This document shows, one piece after another, positions 59,675 to 64,000 of a stretch of DNA of 64,000 nucleotides. The notes beneath the pieces were generated by a model, which saw only the letters and a list, made by a program, of their open reading frames with translations, was not told the origin of the DNA and searched no databases. Origin of the DNA: Promethearchaeota archaeon. GTDB lineage: Archaea > Asgardarchaeota > Lokiarchaeia > Sigyniarchaeales > SOKP01. A program made the translations under genes and the position numbers. The first letter of the stretch is position 1; each line of letters opens with the position of its first letter. The stretch lies in assembly GCA_019058245.1 (NCBI GenBank), contig JAHPZJ010000013.1:73166-137165 (forward strand), in the 5' to 3' direction.

Positions 59675-61183
59675 ATGGATTCATTGAATAATAAGTTAAA
59701 GAAATCTGAGATAAATTATTTTAATCTTATTAATAACATTTTAGATGTAGTAGTAGAATTAAGATTAGATTTTATTATTGATTATATTAATCCTCAAATT
59801 TTAGATTTAGCTGGATATCAGCCTGATGAAATAATAGGAAGAAATTCACTAGAATTTATTCATCCTGATGATAGACAAGAAGTAATTAAAGCAATTGACA
59901 AAGGAATAAAGACAGGAGAAACAATCTCAATAGTATTTAGAATTCAACATAAAGAAGGTTTTTATGTACCCACTTTTGCCAGGGGGCGTAAGATAGAGTA
60001 TGATAATCAAACTAGAATCATAAGTACACTTAGAGATATATCAAAAGAATTAAAAAAGGAACAGAAGTTAAAGGAATCCGATGTAAGATACAGAGAAATT
60101 ATTGAGAATATTAAAGATGGTTACTTTGAAATAGATCTAAATGGAAATTATACTTACGTTAACAATTATATTTGTAAATACTTAAACGTCTCTAAAGATG
60201 AAATAATAGGGAAAAATTATACTTTATTCTTAGAAAAAAGTTCACAAGAGGAAGTATTTAAAGCATTTAATGAAGTTTACACAAAAAATCTTCAAAAAGG
60301 TTCTTTTCAGAGTAAAATAATAAGAGGAGACGGAGAAAAACGTATCTTCGAAGGATATTTTTACTTAAGATATAACAATGATGGAAAAATAAATGGTTTT
60401 TACGGCTTTACTCGAGATATTACTGAGAGAAAAGAAGCAGAACAGAAATTAAAGGAATCTGAAAAAAGATTTCGAGAAGCTTATAATCGAGCTGAATTAT
60501 ATAAAGATCTCTTTTACCATGATATAAATAATCTTCTTTCTAATATAAGTATCTCCGTTGACCTTAGTGAAAAACATCTGAAGGATTCATCTGAAGAAGA
60601 AAATATTAAGGTTTTTTATAATGTCATTAGAGATCAATTTGCGAGAGGAAAAAGATTAATATCTAATGTTAAAAATCTATCTGAATTAGCAGATTCCAAG
60701 ATTTCTTTAAAATCAATAAATGCATTCGAAGTATTACAGGATGCTATACAATATATTCATAATAGTGTCCATACTAAAAAAGTTAATATTTTCGTTGATT
60801 CTTTCGATAAAGAAATATATATTCGTGCAAATGAACTATTATCAGATGTTTTTGAGAATATATTAGTGAATGCTGTTAAATACAATGAAAATCAAACAAT
60901 AGAAATTTTTGTAAAGATCTCCAGAGATAATAAATTAAACAAGAACTTTTTAAAGTTTGAGTTTATGGATAATGGAATTGGTATAACAGATCAAAAAAAA
61001 GAAATAATATTTATACAGGGATATAATAAAGATAAGGGTTCTAAGGGTATGGGAATTGGATTGACACTGGTTAAAAAGATACTAGATAATTATAGTGGCG
61101 AAATCTGGGTTGAAGATAAGGTAAAAGGAGATTATGCGAAGGGAAGCAATTTTATTATTCTAATTCCAGAAATCATAAATTAA
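59675..61183 (+). CDS. PAS-PAS sensor histidine kinase (cytoplasmic)
   Basis: IHPDD, RDIS/RDITERK, H-box YHDINN, NAVKY, DNGIGI, GMGIGL. Confidence 0.93.
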   Translation: MDSLNNKLKKSEINYFNLINNILDVVVELRLDFIIDYINPQILDLAGYQPDEIIGRNSLEFIHPDDRQEVIKAIDKGIKTGETISIVFRIQHKEGFYVPTFARGRKIEYDNQTRIISTLRDISKELKKEQKLKESDVRYREIIENIKDGYFEIDLNGNYTYVNNYICKYLNVSKDEIIGKNYTLFLEKSSQEEVFKAFNEVYTKNLQKGSFQSKIIRGDGEKRIFEGYFYLRYNNDGKINGFYGFTRDITERKEAEQKLKESEKRFREAYNRAELYKDLFYHDINNLLSNISISVDLSEKHLKDSSEEENIKVFYNVIRDQFARGKRLISNVKNLSELADSKISLKSINAFEVLQDAIQYIHNSVHTKKVNIFVDSFDKEIYIRANELLSDVFENILVNAVKYNENQTIEIFVKISRDNKLNKNFLKFEFMDNGIGITDQKKEIIFIQGYNKDKGSKGMGIGLTLVKKILDNYSGEIWVEDKVKGDYAKGSNFIILIPEIIN

Positions 61184-61375
61184 ATTATCTAATTTTTCAT
61201 TCTCTAATTTCATTAAGTAGAATTAAAACATAAAGATATTATTATCTAATATAAACATTTAAAAGTCTAGGTTTATATTTAATGCTATTGAAAATTCAAT
61301 ATTAAAACACTTTAGATTTATATAAATCAAATATTTTCCCAAACGTATTCAAATAAAAAGAGGAGTTGTATTAGA

Positions 61376-63055
61376 ATTATTAGAAAGAGAACAATCTTAA
61401 TTATAATATTTTCAATAACATCTATTATTGTCCAATTATTCGGAGTGCAATATCTAGGCATTAAATTTACATCTCATGATCTTGAATTTGAATATGTTTA
61501 TAATTGGGACTTAACGGGAACTGGGGGATGGTATGAAGGGTATGAAGAAGCTTTTAGAGCAAAAGGTCATTATAGTATTGTTTTTAACGAAAATTATGCA
61601 AATGTAACAGCTCGAGTTTCATGGAAATTTTCTGAAAACTATTATGGGACCTCACAACGTGGATTAGATACATATATATTTTCATATTCATTAATCGATG
61701 GAGCTTATATATGGGGGACTGATCAAGATGTCCTTAATACTACAAATATGAATGTCTGGTTTCATATTCCTGGAGGGATTAAGGCATCTAAATATGATAT
61801 TCTCGATACATCATATAATGTAAAAAGTGGAGAACATCTTATTTGGGTTGGATCACTAATGCCTTTTAATGGAAAGAAACTTCATAGTGAGGGAAATTAT
61901 TTTCGAGATGATATATATGGTGAATTTGATGTTATTTATGAGGTGGGTAATTTCTTTTCAAAGGAGGGTTATTTAATTGGCGAATTATATAAAGAACAAG
62001 ATTCGGGGTATGATAGGGATACAGGACGTTGGTCAACATTTAGATTAGATTCCTATATTTTTATTACATCTTCGAGTTATCTAAGGCCTTTTAATTTTGG
62101 AATCTACTTTTTAGTGTATTGGGCTCCAATATTATTATGCATGATTCTATTTTATGTTCTATATGAAAACCTTCGTTGGAGACCAAGAATAATTCCGAAA
62201 GGATATGAAGAAATAACCGTTGAGAGAAATTTACCTCAATTTGAGAGTTTTGGGATACAATCGGCTTATTCAGAAATGATACCTTCATATTTAGTTAGAG
62301 CAAGATCTCATGAAAAAAAAATTGTGAGTGCTCATAAAAATGGCGTAATAGAAGGAATAGGATTTATTGATTCAAATGGAAAAGTTGGGACATTTTATGG
62401 AAGTCATGTAGGAGATATGGTAAAATATACTAAAGTAAAATATTTATTTACAGAAATAGGAAGAGGATTAAGAGGTTTTAACACAATCGAGAAATATGAT
62501 ATCTTTGAAATTGATAATATTCAAGAATTAGATTTAAGTTTTGATACTGTAAATATAAAGCCTCTTGAGGAAATTCATTTAGAAGCTATTATGAAAATGA
62601 TAGCAAATGAAGATAGTGGTAAAAAAAGGAAGAAATTTGCTAAGTGGGTTATTAAATCCTATGAGGATGATATCGCGGTTAGTTCTACAGTACCAAGGAC
62701 AGAGCCTTGGGTTCAATCAATAATATCGGATTTATTTCGAGGTGATTATCCCAAACCAGAAATTATAGATGATGAAATAATATTGGGTGTAGGCTTCGCA
62801 ACTCCTGGAGAAGAAACAGGATGGTTATACGGTCTTTATGTACATCCTGCTTTTAGAAATCATGGGATAGGGAGAATGCTTGTATCAGCTCGATTATCAT
62901 CTCTTAAGGAAATTGGTTGTAGACGAGTGATTACGGAAATAGCTGAATGGAATAGCCCTGCAAAAAACATATATGATGATTATAATGCACGAATAATAGG
63001 AAAAATTAATCTTTTAGGTAAAAAAATGCCTAAAGTTAAGGTGAGACGCTACTGA
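61376..63055 (+). CDS. membrane-spanning protein: extracellular domain, TM helix, C-terminal GNAT domain; probable ATT start upstream of the track's GTG
   Basis: In-frame signal-like extension IIRKRTILIIIFSITSIIVQLFG after a GAGGAG SD; GNAT motif YVHPAFRNHGIG..L, N.PA..IY. Confidence 0.75.
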   Translation: MIRKRTILIIIFSITSIIVQLFGVQYLGIKFTSHDLEFEYVYNWDLTGTGGWYEGYEEAFRAKGHYSIVFNENYANVTARVSWKFSENYYGTSQRGLDTYIFSYSLIDGAYIWGTDQDVLNTTNMNVWFHIPGGIKASKYDILDTSYNVKSGEHLIWVGSLMPFNGKKLHSEGNYFRDDIYGEFDVIYEVGNFFSKEGYLIGELYKEQDSGYDRDTGRWSTFRLDSYIFITSSSYLRPFNFGIYFLVYWAPILLCMILFYVLYENLRWRPRIIPKGYEEITVERNLPQFESFGIQSAYSEMIPSYLVRARSHEKKIVSAHKNGVIEGIGFIDSNGKVGTFYGSHVGDMVKYTKVKYLFTEIGRGLRGFNTIEKYDIFEIDNIQELDLSFDTVNIKPLEEIHLEAIMKMIANEDSGKKRKKFAKWVIKSYEDDIAVSSTVPRTEPWVQSIISDLFRGDYPKPEIIDDEIILGVGFATPGEETGWLYGLYVHPAFRNHGIGRMLVSARLSSLKEIGCRRVITEIAEWNSPAKNIYDDYNARIIGKINLLGKKMPKVKVRRY

Positions 63056-64000
63056 TTGAAAATATAACTTATAATTCGCTTTATCATCAGAGTTTATTAA
63101 ATTCTATTAACTTTAATTTATTTAAGGTTGAACCAGAGGAGATTGATATAAATGAGCAATTTAAATTACCTAAAGAATGGTATAGTACCTATTTGGGAAC
63201 TGCTACAGCGGAATTTCATGGTTTGAATCATAAATCAATACCCGCTATTAGAGATGAAAATAGAAATGCAATAATTCCAGAAAAATTCATTGAAATTGAA
63301 GGAAAAATCTTTTATTTATCAGTAAAAGGATGTGGAGCATATGAAGATATGTTTTTTGGGGGAAAACTTAACCCTAGTAAAATAAAGAACGCATGTCGAG
63401 ACTTAAAATATCTAGACAAAATTGAAAAATTATCCACTGGATTAGGATTTATAATGGGGGAGTCTTGGATGGGTGAAAGTCCATATGGAGCTCAAGGCTT
63501 TATTAATGGATTTGATGAATTGAACTTTTCTAGAATTGCTAAATTGGATTCTATTAATGGTGCTTATATCTGTCCCTCTATAGCTGTTATTAAACTCCCT
63601 AAATATATAGAAGACACCGCGAGAAATTTCTTTTGGTTTCGAACCTATAAAAATCATTTCTATCAAATACTACGTCTGCTTCCTTCAAATATACGATTAT
63701 ATTTTGAATCATCTAACGTAGTTGCTAATCCTGGTTCTATTTTTAAATTATTTGAGATTAATACTGTAGATAAAGCACAAATTTTTGAATTAAATTTTAT
63801 CAAAAGTGGAATTGCTCTTTTAACACTTTATACTCGTTCTGCAATAATTGAAGGAAATCAAGTTAAAGGTATTTATTTTCAAGATGTATGGTTAGATAAA
63901 GATTGTGTAGTAGCTCCAAATGGAACAATTCATTTCGCTGATATTGAAGGATTTATTTGGAAAAAAGTATCTATTGATAAATATAATGAAATTCAGAAAA
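63052..64000 (+). CDS. hypothetical protein, possibly kinase-like fold; 3'-truncated
   Basis: Frame open from after TAA 63037 to the window end; CTG at 63052 overlaps the previous TGA; LSVKGCG and VVAPNGTIHFADIEG motifs. Confidence 0.65.
   Translation, partial: MIENITYNSLYHQSLLNSINFNLFKVEPEEIDINEQFKLPKEWYSTYLGTATAEFHGLNHKSIPAIRDENRNAIIPEKFIEIEGKIFYLSVKGCGAYEDMFFGGKLNPSKIKNACRDLKYLDKIEKLSTGLGFIMGESWMGESPYGAQGFINGFDELNFSRIAKLDSINGAYICPSIAVIKLPKYIEDTARNFFWFRTYKNHFYQILRLLPSNIRLYFESSNVVANPGSIFKLFEINTVDKAQIFELNFIKSGIALLTLYTRSAIIEGNQVKGIYFQDVWLDKDCVVAPNGTIHFADIEGFIWKKVSIDKYNEIQK

Noticed and set aside
261-63666. Many short antisense or alternate-frame ORFs in the track (e.g. 261-452, 8052-8435, 19546-20031, 33709-34125, 46061-46297, 63442-63666)
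   Set aside because: They lie inside well-supported genes, carry no motifs and are expected shadow ORFs.
1-64000. tRNA, rRNA, transposase, integrase or prophage genes
   Set aside because: No GC-rich structured RNA segments or mobile-element motifs were recognised.

Overview
Very AT-rich, gene-dense archaeal chromosomal DNA, most likely an Asgard archaeon of the Lokiarchaeia/Promethearchaeota. The taxonomic clues are GGTGA/GGAGG ribosome-binding sites, poly-T terminators, Hdr/Mvh genes, a PGY-TM-basic C-terminal sorting signal, and OSTC-like and longin/uDENN-like eukaryotic-signature candidates. I see no rRNA, tRNA, CRISPR array or mobile element. Main blocks: (1) 0-15 kb mixed genes (TIR protein, Ser/Thr dehydratase, ABC exporter, HMG-CoA-synthase-like/DUF35 plus thiolase, MscL, MoxR, TauE). 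(2) 15-22 kb, a candidate novel H2/redox-sensing system: a winged-HTH::degenerate HdrA::MvhD fusion, MvhG, an MvhA-type [NiFe] large subunit with sensor-hydrogenase hallmarks (L1 His->Gln, no C-terminal extension), a histidine kinase and a REC-Lrp regulator. (3) 22-29 kb, an HdrD-like/HdrA/MvhD/FrhB operon, divergent from an operon with a bacterial-type Mtd and Cdc48. (4) 36-50 kb, an Orange-protein-like Fe-S/metal cluster plus feoAB, marked by a repeated palindrome TGAATAATTATTCA. (5) 50-64 kb, a sugar ABC importer, vWA protein, OSTC-like protein, PAS kinase, membrane GNAT and a truncated kinase-like ORF. At least five genes appear to start at non-canonical ATA/ATT/GTT codons exactly 6 nt after a GGTGA site; the ORF track truncates or misses them. 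All family assignments come from motif recognition by eye, not database searches.
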